Below, one piece after another: positions 26,154-38,309 of a stretch of DNA of 64,000 bases. The stretch is from assembly GCA_002633005.1 (NCBI GenBank), contig NMRA01000065.1:859066-923065 (forward strand), read 5' to 3'. Below the pieces are notes generated by a model, which was not told where the DNA came from, ran no database searches, and saw nothing but the letters and a program-made list of their open reading frames with translations. This DNA comes from Phoronis australis (lineage: Eukaryota; Animalia; Phoronida). How positions within the stretch are numbered: position 1 is the first letter of the stretch; each line of letters opens with the position of its first letter. Made by a program: the position numbers and the translations under genes.

Positions 26154-26373
26154 TGTGTCACAGGTGAGAACATCATTCGTTTTTCTAATCCTTAGAAAGT
26201 ATGTGTAACATAACCACATTATACTGTAGGTGATGGAGCGTTGGTTGGCCATTGTATCCTCAGTTTCAGTAGTATGGTTTACCTTTACAGAACATGTGAC
26301 TGATTACAAGAAATCCTATACCTCGATTATTAATAATTTATTTCACAGTTACTGTAGTTTTGTTAATTTACAG

Positions 26374-26394
26374 AAAGAATTGAGGATTGAAAGG
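26374..26394 (+). CDS. 21-nt micro-exon KELRIER, phase 0-0
   Basis: ttaatttacag|aaagaattgaggattgaaagg|gtgagt. Confidence 0.75.
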
Positions 26395-26559
26395 GTGAGT
26401 GATGATGCAAAAATTTTGATCTTGTTGGGTCGGATTCATGAAAAGTGTCTTAAAACTTAAGCTAGAAATTTCATTGGTCTTATACTCCACATGACTATTT
26501 CTAAAAAATAAGGTAATCTCACTTGAGCAAAACCACACAGTCTCTGAGAATATACCTAT

Positions 26560-26754
26560 AAGGGCTTTGGATTTTCCTCTTTTAAGAGGATTTCATCCTT
26601 TTTGGTCTCTTTTTGTCATTATTTTGACTTCATTCATGCAAAAAACATTTATTTCAGATCTGTTAAATTTTACAACACAAAAATATTTCTATCGCACAAC
26701 ATGGAACAATATGTCACCTAGAAAGTTTCCTCTTTTTTGTCATTCCAAGCCCTG
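26560..26754. mobile_element. MITE with (C)AGGGCTT...AAGCCCTG ends, copy 1
   Basis: Homologous to 47050-47299; flanked by an acctat(a) direct repeat. Confidence 0.7.
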
Positions 26755-28306
26755 ACCTATAATTGCTAATTACTGAGATAATTTCTATGAATTAATTCCA
26801 GTCTAATATGCGCTCCTAATTACTGGCTAACTGTTATTCAGTAATAATTATTGTAAACTGGTAGCATTAAGACCAAATTTCTGACATGAAGTCTTAACTT
26901 ATTTTTCATGCTTCGCATCTACTGTTGTCCACGAGTACTCAGTTGGATCAGCTGTAAGCAGTAGCAGTGGTATACTTACCCTGTGGATCTCTGTAGATTT
27001 GAGTTCATGACAACACATGTAAGGGATAATAATTATGTACTAAAACTTTGAGAAGTTTAGGTAATAGTTGACAAACAGAAAGTGTAGATTTAATTCTTTT
27101 TATCTTGAGACTTTCTTATAAATGATCTTACATGTTGGTCATTTAAAGCAGCAGCAGCTGCTGTATACCATATTCCGTCAAAAAAGGCAGCTTTTGATTT
27201 AGACGACTTTCCATAATCGGCATCAAATTGCACCTTAATTACATTGGGGATGATATCTTGGCTTTGAAAGAACTGACAGTTTGTTATTGGTTGATATTGG
27301 GTTGTACACCACGACTTGTTGTGGGGTGTCATTTTATGCGCCAAATATCATCATGATGGTAAACAACAAACCGTCAATTCTTTGCAAAGCCAAAAATCGT
27401 TTTTCGTCTGAGTCATGAACAACTTGAGGCTTAATCATCTTGTAGCAGTAAGTGGTCTGAATGGAAAGTTCACGTTTTGTACAAAATGCATGTTTTTTCT
27501 GCTGGGACAAAGCTAATGAGTTCTTAGATTGTTAAGAAAAAATTTTGGCTATGAAATAGTAATTCATTTACTTCACATTTCTCTCACTCATCTTCACAAA
27601 ATCATCTACTCACTTTCTCCTCACCATAGTAATTCTAGCCAATCTTTGCCACAGAGTCCAAATGAAAACTCGGTTGTCTCATGAACGATGATGTGTCAAC
27701 CTGCCACTGCACTGCTCTTTTTATCAGGTTTTATTGTCCATTTAGCGTCTCCTTTTCTCCTCTCGAAATTCAAATGGGCCAGAGAACCATGATTACATTT
27801 GTTGGACTCTTGTTTGGTAGTTGCAGCCTCATTGCTGTTGGGTTCAACTAGTTTTGTTATCCACTTTCGTTTCCTTGCTTTACTGTTTTTTGATCACGTT
27901 ACAAACAGTCATCCCACAGGCCATTCTGCACTCATCCTAGTGATTGAGGCAGAAAATCATGCATGAAATTGTAAGCAGATGGCATTTTTTAAAATAATCT
28001 AATATAAGAGATGAGCTTTAAGCCAGGCATGAATTTAAAATAAAGAAATTTTTAATGGATTGAGAGAAGCGTTAACTCACCTGGATATAGAATGGGCACT
28101 GATCATTTGTTTGTTAACGAGGACATGGTCACCTGTTCACTAATCAGGAATGAGGAGTGACTGTTTGAAAGTGAACAATTAGGAAATTTTGGGATTGGTG
28201 TGTAGCCAGAGGTGGGCATTAACTGGAAAAAGTGGAAAAACTTAAAGTGAGTTGTTCATGAGAAGCTTACTACATCGTATTAGTTTGTCGTTGTTTTGTG
28301 TATTAG

Positions 28307-28376
28307 AAAATCACTCAAGAAAGGAACAAAGAAATTTTAAAGACGGTCGAAGAGGTTCAGTCTCTGCGACAGAAAA
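28307..28376 (+). CDS. Exon KITQERNKEILKTVEEVQSLRQK, phase 0-1
   Basis: ttttgtgtattag|...a|gtaagt. Confidence 0.8.
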
Positions 28377-28419
28377 GTAAGTCCACTTATTAATGAACAC
28401 TACTTTCCATTTTAAAGTT

Positions 28420-28945
28420 GAATTTCCACTAATTCCACTTTTTGTGCCTGAAAATTTGCAGATTTTTTCTGCGCCGGGATTTCCATCATTCTGGCTTAGA
28501 AAGTGATATTTGTCATTGGATTTCGGCCCTCTGTTGTATCACGTGCAGTAATTTCTGCGCAGAGTTCCAGTGCAGAAATTTCTGCCCAAAATTCCAATGC
28601 TTCCTCCAGTGCAGAAATTTCTGCGCAGAATTCCAGCGCAGAAATTTTTGCGCAGAATTACAGTGCCTCCTCACTGCAGAAATTTTTGTGTAGAATTCCA
28701 GCCAGAAATTTCTGTGCAGAATTCTTGCGCAGAAATCCAGCACAGAAATTTGTGCACAGGATTTGCAGGGCCTCCTCCAGTGCATAAACTTCTGCGCAGA
28801 GTTCCAGTTGAGAAATTTCTGCACATGATACAACCGAGGACTGAAAAGCAATGAAAAGTATTAATTTTAAGCCAAAATGATGGAAATCCAGGAACAGAAA
28901 AAATCTGCAACTTTTCAGGCACAAAAAGGGAATGAGTGGAAATTC
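28420..28945. mobile_element. Palindromic MITE/fold-back with about 130-bp TIRs and internal about 21-bp GCAGAAATTTCTGCGCAGAATTCCA repeats
   Basis: Ends are reverse complements; explains the mirror-image ORFs 28442(+) and 28658(-). Confidence 0.85.
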
Positions 28946-30650
28946 CCTTTACGGAAAATGTTCTTAATATTTGATGATCAAATGTTTGAATTATCAGACG
29001 TGGGGTAAAAGTTGTTGCATCTGAGTGGTCACTTATAATACACCTATGTAATTCTTGAGGCAAAACAAGTGGAATTGATTAGCTGAACAGTATGGGCTAC
29101 TCACAGCAGCCATCAAGCGTTTGACCACTTGGTGGAGTAGTGATCAGACCGTTTCAAACCCTGCACCCATTGACTTTTTCTTCAGATACGTAAACGTGTC
29201 ACAGAGGATATTGCTAATGCTACCACAAACCTGCTGTCAAACTAGCTTTTGATTTAGACCATTTATCATAATGAAATTGATTGATTGTTCCTTAATGAAA
29301 CTGAAGATGATTTTTGGTCTTGGAGAGAACCAACAGTTCGCTATTGCGTAAGACCAGGTTCTTCAATAGTAGACTTAACACAGCAGGACTATATTAAGTG
29401 CCTTCCTGAAGCGAATTTTTCTAAGCGCCCTGGGTGCTTATTAGGGCAAATACGGTATCATCAAATATTGATGACAAAATCAATAAAGAAATTTAGTCTT
29501 GTAGAAGGAGGGGTAATCAACTGGACAATTAGAAATGACTTGTCAATGAAAGAACAGTTGTCAGAAATTCACAAATAACTACAGAATGCTCAGTTGTAGT
29601 GAAAAAAATGAGATCAGATATTTAATATGCACCATGCTAAATTTCAAAAAATATTTGAAAAACAACGCTGGAGCTACAGCATGAAAAGACAATCACAGAA
29701 AGAGCATTCATCAGATAATCGGAAACAGATGATGAGATCTATCCTCATGTCAGATTTCGGAAGACTCAGTCTTTCAAAGGACCACCTTGAGCTGGAAAAA
29801 TTACAAATTGTCCATCACAGCACCATGTTTAGTCTGACTTTTGAGCTGTTCACAAGAGAAAATGTGTATGAGAAAGGGGGAAGGGGAGAGGGAGAGAGGA
29901 GGCCTTCTAAAGGTTTTTTCGACTGCTAACAAGAAGGTCCCCTTTACATATTAAATATATCAATGGAAAACAAAAATTTCAGTCCGACTAATAATAATAA
30001 GCCAAAAGAGAAAGAGACAATTAAAGTGAACGTGAATCAGAAAACAACAGAAAACCAACTTGATGACAAAGCAACGTACATGTACTTGGAGAAATTTCAT
30101 TATCCAATGTTTTGAACAGTCTGTCCACTTCTGCACCTGGTGTTCAGTACCTTCTCAAGATGGGTGTTGTTAGCAGCCAAAGTTGTTTGTGTCACTGATT
30201 AAGAATACATTTATCTGCTCTTCTACCCTGATGAATTTATTCGTCTTTGCATTTTTGCTTGATGATGTTAGCAATAATTATTCAAGCAACACGCGCACAC
30301 ACCAATTTTTTTATTTCAGCTTACAGCATGTATTATCCAAGGTGCTGTTTGTGCTATGAACTTTGTGTTTGTCTTGGCTTTTCATGTCACTAACTTGAAC
30401 TTTAAGACTATGTAGGAGCCTAGAGAAATGTCCAGTTTGGGCTATCGTAGCTCAGAATTGGCGTATTGGACTGACATGAAACTTTCAGAGTATGTTTTAC
30501 ATTTTATTTACTGTTATCCCAAAACTGTGAGGAATTGTTTTTCAAATGTTCCACTTCCGCATGAGAGACTGTAAACAACTGTGACTTCAATGATTTTTAT
30601 AAAAAAATTGACGTTATATAAAATGAAAATGGAACAATAGTTTAGAAACC

Positions 30651-31294
30651 TGTAACAGTGTCACATTTTTCCCTGTTTGTGGGTTGGCGCAGGTGGTTAC
30701 CAACCGGTGCTAATAGCTTTCGTTGCGACGATGGACTGAAGACTGGTTTGAGTTAGTCTTTGTTAATCTCAACTTTCTAGAAGACTAGCATGACAGCGAT
30801 TAATGCAGTCTGGAATATTATAGTGACTAGCATACGTTGTAGAATGATTGGGTAGATTTCGGTAAGTTCTAGAATGTGCTCGAATTGGTGAAAAGCTCTA
30901 GAACATTGCTTTTGTCTATAAATACACAAGCACAGATTTTTATTTGTCAGAAGAAAAGCAGTTTTAACTGAAAGCAGTTAAAGAGTTGCAGTGAAGACAA
31001 TCAGCAGTTATAGTGAGCGTCAATAGAGAGCCACCTATAAAGACAGTAGGTTATTTGAATCAGTGAGTGTAACAGTTGCTGAACGTGTCTCAGATGTTCA
31101 TCACAAGTCAAGGCTTCGCAGCACTGGCTGGACCATAAAACAGACATTACGTCGGATGTTTTGTTTGAGTAGGTTTGTGAATGTCCAGTTGAGATTATTA
31201 ACACGAACCAGTCTTCAGTCTATTGTCGCACCGAAAGCTATTCGCACCGGTCTGTAACAACCTGTGCCCACCCACACACGGGGAAAACGTGGCA
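30651..31294 (+). mobile_element. Solo-LTR-like or long-TIR element with about 95-bp imperfect inverted ends and an internal TATA box
   Basis: 30659-30754 is approximately the reverse complement of 31200-31294; TATAAATA at 30917; TTCTAGAA motifs upstream. Confidence 0.6.
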
Positions 31295-32429
31295 AAATTC
31301 TCTACTTTTATAGATGTTTGGCTAATTCTACACACTTGTCGATAAGGTCCTACATATTAACCTTAAAGAAGTATCTTATCTGTTTCAGCAATAGATTATC
31401 TCTACTGTTGATTTTTTCACTCCGAGCAATGGTTTTTTATTCCAGTTTGTAATTCATCTTGTTCCTTAAATTGAGATTTTTGTCATTCGCTAAAATTCTA
31501 CTATAGACTCACTTACTACCAAACTCAAGAGTTTGATTTAGACCACATACAGTTATGACATCTGTTTCGACTTGTTCCTTGTTCAGATTGAAAGGATTTC
31601 TGGGCTTGGGGAGGACTTATGGGTTGTTTTTGCGAGAGACCACGAAGTTTATCAACTGTGAACCTAGTCTCGAGCAACAAGTTGTCAGTTCTCCCGAAAT
31701 CCCGAAATCACTTCTTGTCCAAGTAAGGAATAAATTGAGACCAATTTCAAAATGGCCGGTAAGTGGTTTAAATGAAAAGGATTTATAGCAGGTTCATGAA
31801 ATGAGTTTATTTCAAAACCTCTAGGTGGGAGGCTACATACCTAATAATATTGGGGTCTTTTTGTTTCACGAGGAAGTTAATAAACTTCAATTCCATTTTG
31901 TGTCTTTAATGTGCTGATTAGCTGCATTTTTATTCGTTTATAAGGTGAGTCTTTGTCATCACTTTCAGTTGAGGTTCTTGAAAAAGAACTCGCCACATCA
32001 CAGCCTGTAATCAAGAAATTAAGTGGTGAAAACTTGCTGTACGCGGGCGAGTCTCTTCAGCCAACAGGTCTTTATTCATCCATTTCACTTGATATGCTCA
32101 CCGCATTTTCATCCGGCGTTCATCTTAATCAATGCATGTATTTGATAACAAGTTTATGTTAGATGCCGCTGTTTCATTTTTGGTCAGTGTGATATCGAAC
32201 TTAAGTCAAAGTTTCAGATTTCAATTTTATTACCATATTCATATGAATGATATTGCTGACTTTATTGGGGCGGAAATCTGTTTATTTCAATTCATGACAG
32301 CACCAGTACATTATATAAATTCTGTCTACAAAGTGAAAACATAACAATTTATAAATTAGTTCAACAAATAATGATTGTTGAATAACAGGCTGTTATGTTG
32401 ATCACAACCTGTTTCTTGTAATTATTAGC

Positions 32430-32770
32430 TCAACTGAGGTTGTCGGTGTGCAGCTGTTTCATCCATATCTCACGGACTTGGTTCACCACCAGGTGCACCC
32501 TCTTTCGTTGTCGGATTAAAACAATTAATAACAAACATGGCGATTCCCTAATGTTGGGGGAATCCTCTAACAGGTCCGAGTACACCACAGGAAGACCAAG
32601 ATCAGAATCTCTGTTCAGTCTTGGTCTGTGGACTTGAATCTCAATTGCCTCCCATACCCTGCGCTTACACTTATCTGGATGTAAACTTAATAATTACACT
32701 GTAATCCTCATCACAGACTTGGTGATGTAGACCCCTGGCAGGTTCTTGAATAGCAGTAATGGGTCAACCT
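32430..32770 (-). mobile_element. Penelope-like retroelement 3' fragment (GIY-YIG C-terminus)
   Basis: Minus-strand translation TAIQEPARGLHHQVCDEDYSV /frameshift/ KRRVWEAIEIQVHRPRLNRDSDLGLPVVYSDLL matches the PLE EAIxI...PxLNRD motif. Confidence 0.75.
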
Positions 32771-33198
32771 CACACCCGATACTGAATACCGACAACCTCA
32801 AGGTACGGCTTTTCGCTACCAAAAGGGACTTTTATTTAATATTATCATCCCCATTCATTTAAATGGAACCCAGAAATATAATATATAGTCTCATTATCTC
32901 AACTTAATTGTGGTCATGTTGACAAGGATAATCTGATATATACATGCTGATTGTTCAAAAACAATACAAGGCTATTGCTAAAGCATTTTGTATGCCGAAT
33001 GTAAATGACTCAAAATATAAAATGTATGATAATTTGCTCATTTGCAAATATCTGAAGTGTGCTCATTCCATATTAGTTAGTGCTTTTCTGTCCCCCAAAA
33101 TTTGGCCTTTTCTTCTAGAACATGCCATTTAGAGTTATTTTTCATAACTATAACTGTATCACAGCTCTGTTATCCGATTTATCGTCAAACACTAACAG

Positions 33199-33282
33199 TT
33201 GAGCTGTCAACCTCAAGTCAAGCAAAAGAAGAGATGCGCTATGAACTAGATGACCTTGCTAACATGCTTCAAACTCAGCATC
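33199..33282 (+). CDS. Exon (I)ELSTSSQAKEEMRYELDDLANMLQTQH, phase 1-1
   Basis: actaacag|...c|gtaagg; same frame as ORF 33102. Confidence 0.75.
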
Positions 33283-33493
33283 GTAAGGGGAAGAAATCTA
33301 AAGAAAGAAAAGGTTAATTTTGCTCTTTTTGCCTTTGGTCTCTCCATTTATCAGTATAGCAACCAAGTAGTAGATGCAGTTGAGGTTACTTGCTGTCCTT
33401 ATGTAACTAAATGGGAATCAAATTAAAGATTTTGTTTCATTAAAACTGAATATTTTGTAGCAAGCGTCACCTAGTGACTTCTTGGTAAATTTT

Positions 33494-33498
33494 GTGTT

Positions 33499-33550
<52 letters not shown>
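33494..33550. repeat. (GT)n microsatellite
   Basis: Direct reading. Confidence 0.95.
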
Positions 33551-33553
<3 letters not shown>

Positions 33554-34432
33554 ACGTGCATGTCTGCGAAACAGAAAAACAAACAATTTGTAAACAACTT
33601 GTGGTTTTAAAGAAAACACTCTGCAACAGATACTCTTTAAACAAGTTAGTGTGAACATATCAAAACAAGTTTGTGTGAACATATCAAAACCCTTAGTAAT
33701 TCCAAATATTATGCAATCATTATTTGATAGTGAAATAAAAAATAACAAGGTCCCCAGAGATTGTGTGTAAATTTACTTTATAATGCATATTCACAATTTA
33801 ATGACACCGTGCAACTTTATGAGTAAGTAGATTTTTTGTTGATGCATTCCTAGTTTAGCACAGTCTTGTAAATGTGTGGAACATTTTCATATGGATAGTA
33901 TTCTCTCAACTTCCTGAGTTTGAGGCAGAGTCATTCATTTGTGTTGATGCCTGCCTGCAACATTCCAAACAAATTTGTTGTATAGCAAAATCTCACCAAA
34001 TTTGGACAAAAATATTAATTACATTAAATTTACTAACTTTGAAATTGATATTTTGCTATTGTTCAAACTACTTCTATCAGTATTGTTTTGAACACCCAAA
34101 ATATCTACCGGTATTGTCTAATGGTAGCTGCTATATAGTACTTATGAATAATTTTAAATTTGTGCTACTCATCATTTGTGATAAAAATTGAAGAAATGAG
34201 AATTCACTTGACTTCCATATTTCATCCTAAGTTACTGAGATTTTACTGCGACTGCTTGTTGGCTAATTAGCTTTCATTGCCTCATCTTTGTATTTTTCAA
34301 TTTAAACACCCTCATAAGGTGCTGCATTGTCATATCAAATATAGATCTTTGTTTGCCCCAACTGTCTTGCATTATGTAACGCAGCGCAGAGTGACCCATT
34401 CATTTCATTCATTCCCATTGTGGTTTGTATAG

Positions 34433-34777
34433 TCTCCCGTAGAGGTACCACCTCTCGCACCAAGTCACGTTCACCTGCCAAGGCAACACTTTTGAGGCCA
34501 CAAAACCAAAGACGGGTTTCAAGATCTCCGAGTTCGTCTGACGAGGAAAGGCCAAAATCTCCACGCAGAAAAAAAATTGCAGCGAGGTCTGCTGCCACTT
34601 CGCCACTGCCATCATCCGCAAGTTCGTGGGTGGATACAAATGCTGATGTTAATTCAAAGCAGTTGCCCAAAATTAAATTTGCCAAGGGCAAAGGAGTGCC
34701 GGAGGAGAGTGGCAAAGAATTGTCACTTGCCTTGTCGAAGGGAGGCAAGATATCACCACCTACCTTATCGAAAATGG
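34433..34777 (+). CDS. Ser/Arg/Lys/Pro-rich exon SRRGTTSRTKSRSP...PPTLSKM, phase 1-1
   Basis: tttgtatag|...g|gtgaga; 345 nt within ORF 34420. Confidence 0.85.
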
Positions 34778-35949
34778 GTGAGACACTGGCGCTGCTTACT
34801 TCTACTGCTTGCAATGTTACTCATTTGGCATTCACATGATGTTCATATTTTTTCATAGTTTGTCCTTTGCTTCTAGGAGAGATGTAGCAGTTGCGGTTAT
34901 TGAGGCACCTACAGTGTATCTCTTCTTGAGTTTTGGCATACAAAGCTAAATTAATGTAAAGGTTGATTTAAATGTGAACAAAACTCCGCATTGTTCATAA
35001 CACTTAAAAAGGAATTTGTCATCACCATTATATTATTTAGTCTTATGGTGAGACTTGTGGAATTCTCTTGACATGCATCATTCAATTCTTTTGACTTGCC
35101 ACTGACAAATAGTTGAAAAACTTTAAAATATTCATGGGAAGGTTTTCGTTCAGTTATGAGATCATGCAAACCAGTCTATTAAAACTTACTGTTGTTGTCT
35201 GTTTGCATGTCAGTGACAGCTCAGGATTAAGTCTATCCTTCAAATATCCGACGCCAGTAGTATTCGGTTTGTGTAATCCTATGGGAGGCAAAACGTAAAA
35301 CATTAAGTGAAACTTGCATTTCGCTCAGTTTCATTCGGCTAAGAACAAAAATCAAATTAGGCCATTTAATTTCATAAAATTAGTCTCAAAATTTACAACA
35401 CTATAGGACTTTCTTGTTTCCATGAAGAACATTAAAACCCTTGACAGTTCTTAACATGTTTTGGAAAATCATTTATTTTGTTGGAGTTTGCCAATCCTGA
35501 AATTCAAAAAGTAATTCTGGGAAAGCCATTCATGAATAGGTCAGTCACGTGATGCAACATTGACCATTTCTGTCCGTGAACACATATAATTAATATGTAA
35601 GATTGATGACGCAGTTGACCTAAAGTTATTGGGTTGAACGTAAAGTGTCAGTTTTAGGATGATGGCGCAGATTTGAATGGCCGGAAATCTCTTGACCGAT
35701 ACTCTGTCCACCTGTCTTATGAGTAATGCGTAGAACTTAAAAACTGCAAATTTCTGATTGCTTAGACATTGTTATGTTTTTAAACACTTAAACTCTTTAA
35801 GTACTACTCAAACTGCATCTGCTGTGTCTGCTTCAAAGGCCAAACTGCAGCTTCAACTTACTGTAATAGTAGTCGTCGTCGTTGTCGTAGTATTTATTAT
35901 AGTAACAAGTACAATAAAATCAATTTCCCACCCCATATCGCCACTAACA

Positions 35950-36040
35950 GCATGATCGGCATAGCTCTGTTTTGAATATTTTGATCATTATCAAAATTTT
36001 TGTAACCCCAAGCAGATGACCCGTAATCCAAAATTGGTGC
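35950..36040 (-). mobile_element. Old LINE relic (post-RT region) interrupted by the LTR element; continues at 37930-37950
   Basis: Rejoined across the TSD it reads FETAVAPILDYGSSAWGYKNFDNDQNIQNRAM. Confidence 0.65.
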
Positions 36041-37929
36041 TGTTGTGTATCTCAAATACTTTGTTAAATAAAGTAGACACTCCATGAACTACGCAATGAA
36101 ATGAACAGAATTGAACTGAACACTGAACTGATTTATTCTACATATCATCACAATATATATACACACAACTACATAACAACATATGATGTGTTACCTCTGA
36201 CACACTTCCTATACTAAGAATCGCATGACATAATACCAATTAAACTACTGAACTCATAAACAATAACAACCTACAAACATCCTGTTACTGTCTGACTAAG
36301 TACACAACACTCTCCCTCACTAAATATAAAGTAGGCTCTTGTTAAGAAAATAAACTAATCAAGTTCACTATATCAATTACATGCACACTAACATATTAGT
36401 CATCATATCCAAATCTAACAGGTTGTTTTCTATTCCTTGTTGATCTNNNNNNNNNNNNNNNNNNNNNNNNNNNNNNNNNNNNNNNNNNNNNNNNNNNNNN
36501 NNNNNNNNNNNNNNNNNNNNNNNNNNNNNNNNNNNNNNNNNNNNNNNNNNNNNNNNNNNNNNNNNNNNNNNNNNNNNNNNNNNNNNNNNNNNNNNNNNNN
36601 NNNNNNNNNNNNNNNNNNNNNNNNNNNNNNNNNNNNNNNNNNNNNNNNNNNNNNNNNNNNNNNNNNNNNNNNNNNNNNNNNNNNNNNNNNNNNNNNNNNN
36701 NNNNNNNNNNNNNNNNNNNNNNNNNNNNNNNNNNNNNNNNNNNNNNNNNNNNNNNNNNNNNNNNNNNNNNNNNNNNNNNNNNNNNNNNNNNNNNNNNNNN
36801 NNNNNNNNNNNNNNNNNNNNNNNNNNNNNNNNNNNNNNNNNNNNNNNNNNNNNNNNNNNNNNNNNNNNNNNNNNNNNNNNNNNNNNNNNNNNNNNNNNNN
36901 NNNNNNNNNNNNNNNNNNNNNNNNNNNNNNNNNNNNNNNNNNNNNNNNNNNNNNNNNNNNNNNNNNNNNNNNNNNNNNNNNNNNNNNNNNNNNNNNNNNN
37001 NNNNNNNNNNNNNNNNNNNNNNNNNNNNNNNNNNNNNNNNNNNNNNNNNNNNNNNNNNNNNNNNNNNNNNNNNNNNNNNNNNNNNNNNNNNNNNNNNNNN
37101 NNNNNNNNNNNNNNNNNNNNNNNNNNNNNNNNNNNNNNNNNNNNNNNNNNNNNNNNNNNNNNNNNNNNNNNNNNNNNNNNNNNNNNNNNNNNNNNNNNNN
37201 NNNNNNNNNNNNNNNNNNNNNNNNNNNNNNNNNNNNNNNNNNNNNNNNNNNNNNNNNNNNNNNNNNNNNNNNNNNNNNNNNNNNNNNNNNNNNNNNNNNN
37301 NNNNNNNNNNNNNNNNNNNNNNNNNNNNNNNNNNNNNNNNNNNNNNNNNNNNNNNNNNNNNNNNNNNNNNNNNNNNNNNNNNNNNNNNNNNNNNNNNNNN
37401 NNNNNNNNNNNNNNNNNNNNNNNNNNNNNTTCTGGTTGGGTTTGGCTGGGCTGACCAGATCCCGTACAATTCCATAATGTTTCTTGCCAATGGAATGCAA
37501 GAACATTGCTGCCACTTGCTTCTTCGTGAAATCTGTTTCCCCATTCGCTTGTAGAAACAGTTCAAACCTTTCCAAGTAGCATTCCCACTCCTCGCTATCA
37601 TCATATTCACTGGAAAACAGGGGCAGGTAACATTGTGAGCTCGCAGTCATCTCGTCGCCACTACAGTTGTGCATCTTACTTTGTCAAATAAAGTAGACAC
37701 TCCATGAACTACGCAGTGAAACGAACAGAATTGAACTGAACACTGAACTGATTTATTCTACATATCATCACAATATATATACACACAACTACATAACAAC
37801 ATATGATGCCTTACCTCTGACACACTTCCTATACTAAGATTCGCATGACATAATACCAATTAAACTACTGAACTCATAAACAATAACAACCTACAAACAT
37901 CCTGTTATTGTGTGACTAAGTACACAACA
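36041..37929 (-). mobile_element. Ty3/Gypsy LTR retrotransposon (Mag-type), interior in gap
   Basis: LTRs 36041-36309 and 37665-37929 (TGTTGTGT...ACACAACA). 5-bp TSD GGTGC on both sides. PBS TGGCGACGAG (37651-37660, complementary to the tRNA-Ser(GCU) 3' end). PPT GAGGGAGAG at 36310-36318. Gag start EEWECYLERFELFLQAN...IGKKHYGIVRDL; pol tail RSTRNRKQPVRFGYDD*. Confidence 0.92.
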
Positions 37930-38237
37930 GGTGCCACGGCCGTTTCGAATCCTAGATTCTTGTTATCACGGAATGTAAGGTCTAAACAAGCTGGGCAACA
38001 GCTAGTTTTAACTAAATACTCATGACTGTGAGCAGGTTTGGTCAGTGTTACCACCAGCCTGCATTCAAGGAGGGTAGCCATGCTCTTGTCATGAGTGGAG
38101 CATCAGTGCTAATGATTACCTACAATTCATTGCTCAGCCGGCATCTTGGTCTCTTTGTAAAAAGATCGAATGTGTTTCATCTGAGGTCAGATTGTGCAAA
38201 TGACTATACCAACATGTACTGTAATATGCCTTTTTAG

Positions 38238-38309
38238 GCATAGCTGGAAGATCTCAACCAGAAATTAAGAAGTCTTCAGATCAAGGGATGTTTTCAAAAC
38301 TGATGGCTG
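38238..38309 (+). CDS. Exon (G)IAGRSQPEIKKSSDQGMFSKLMA, phase 1-1
   Basis: cctttttag|...g|gtaaga. Confidence 0.75.

Noticed and set aside
28442-29063. Overlapping ORFs on both strands
   Set aside because: Produced by the palindromic repeat element.
29424-29458. Tc1/pogo-type right end (...CAAATACGGTA)
   Set aside because: No matching left end identified.
31588-31723. Plus-strand exon with ttcag|...|gtaagg
   Set aside because: Open only in phase 2-0, incompatible with the flanking phase-1 introns.
34335-34814. Antisense ORFs here and at 52303-52848
   Set aside because: Shadows of the plus-strand coding exons.
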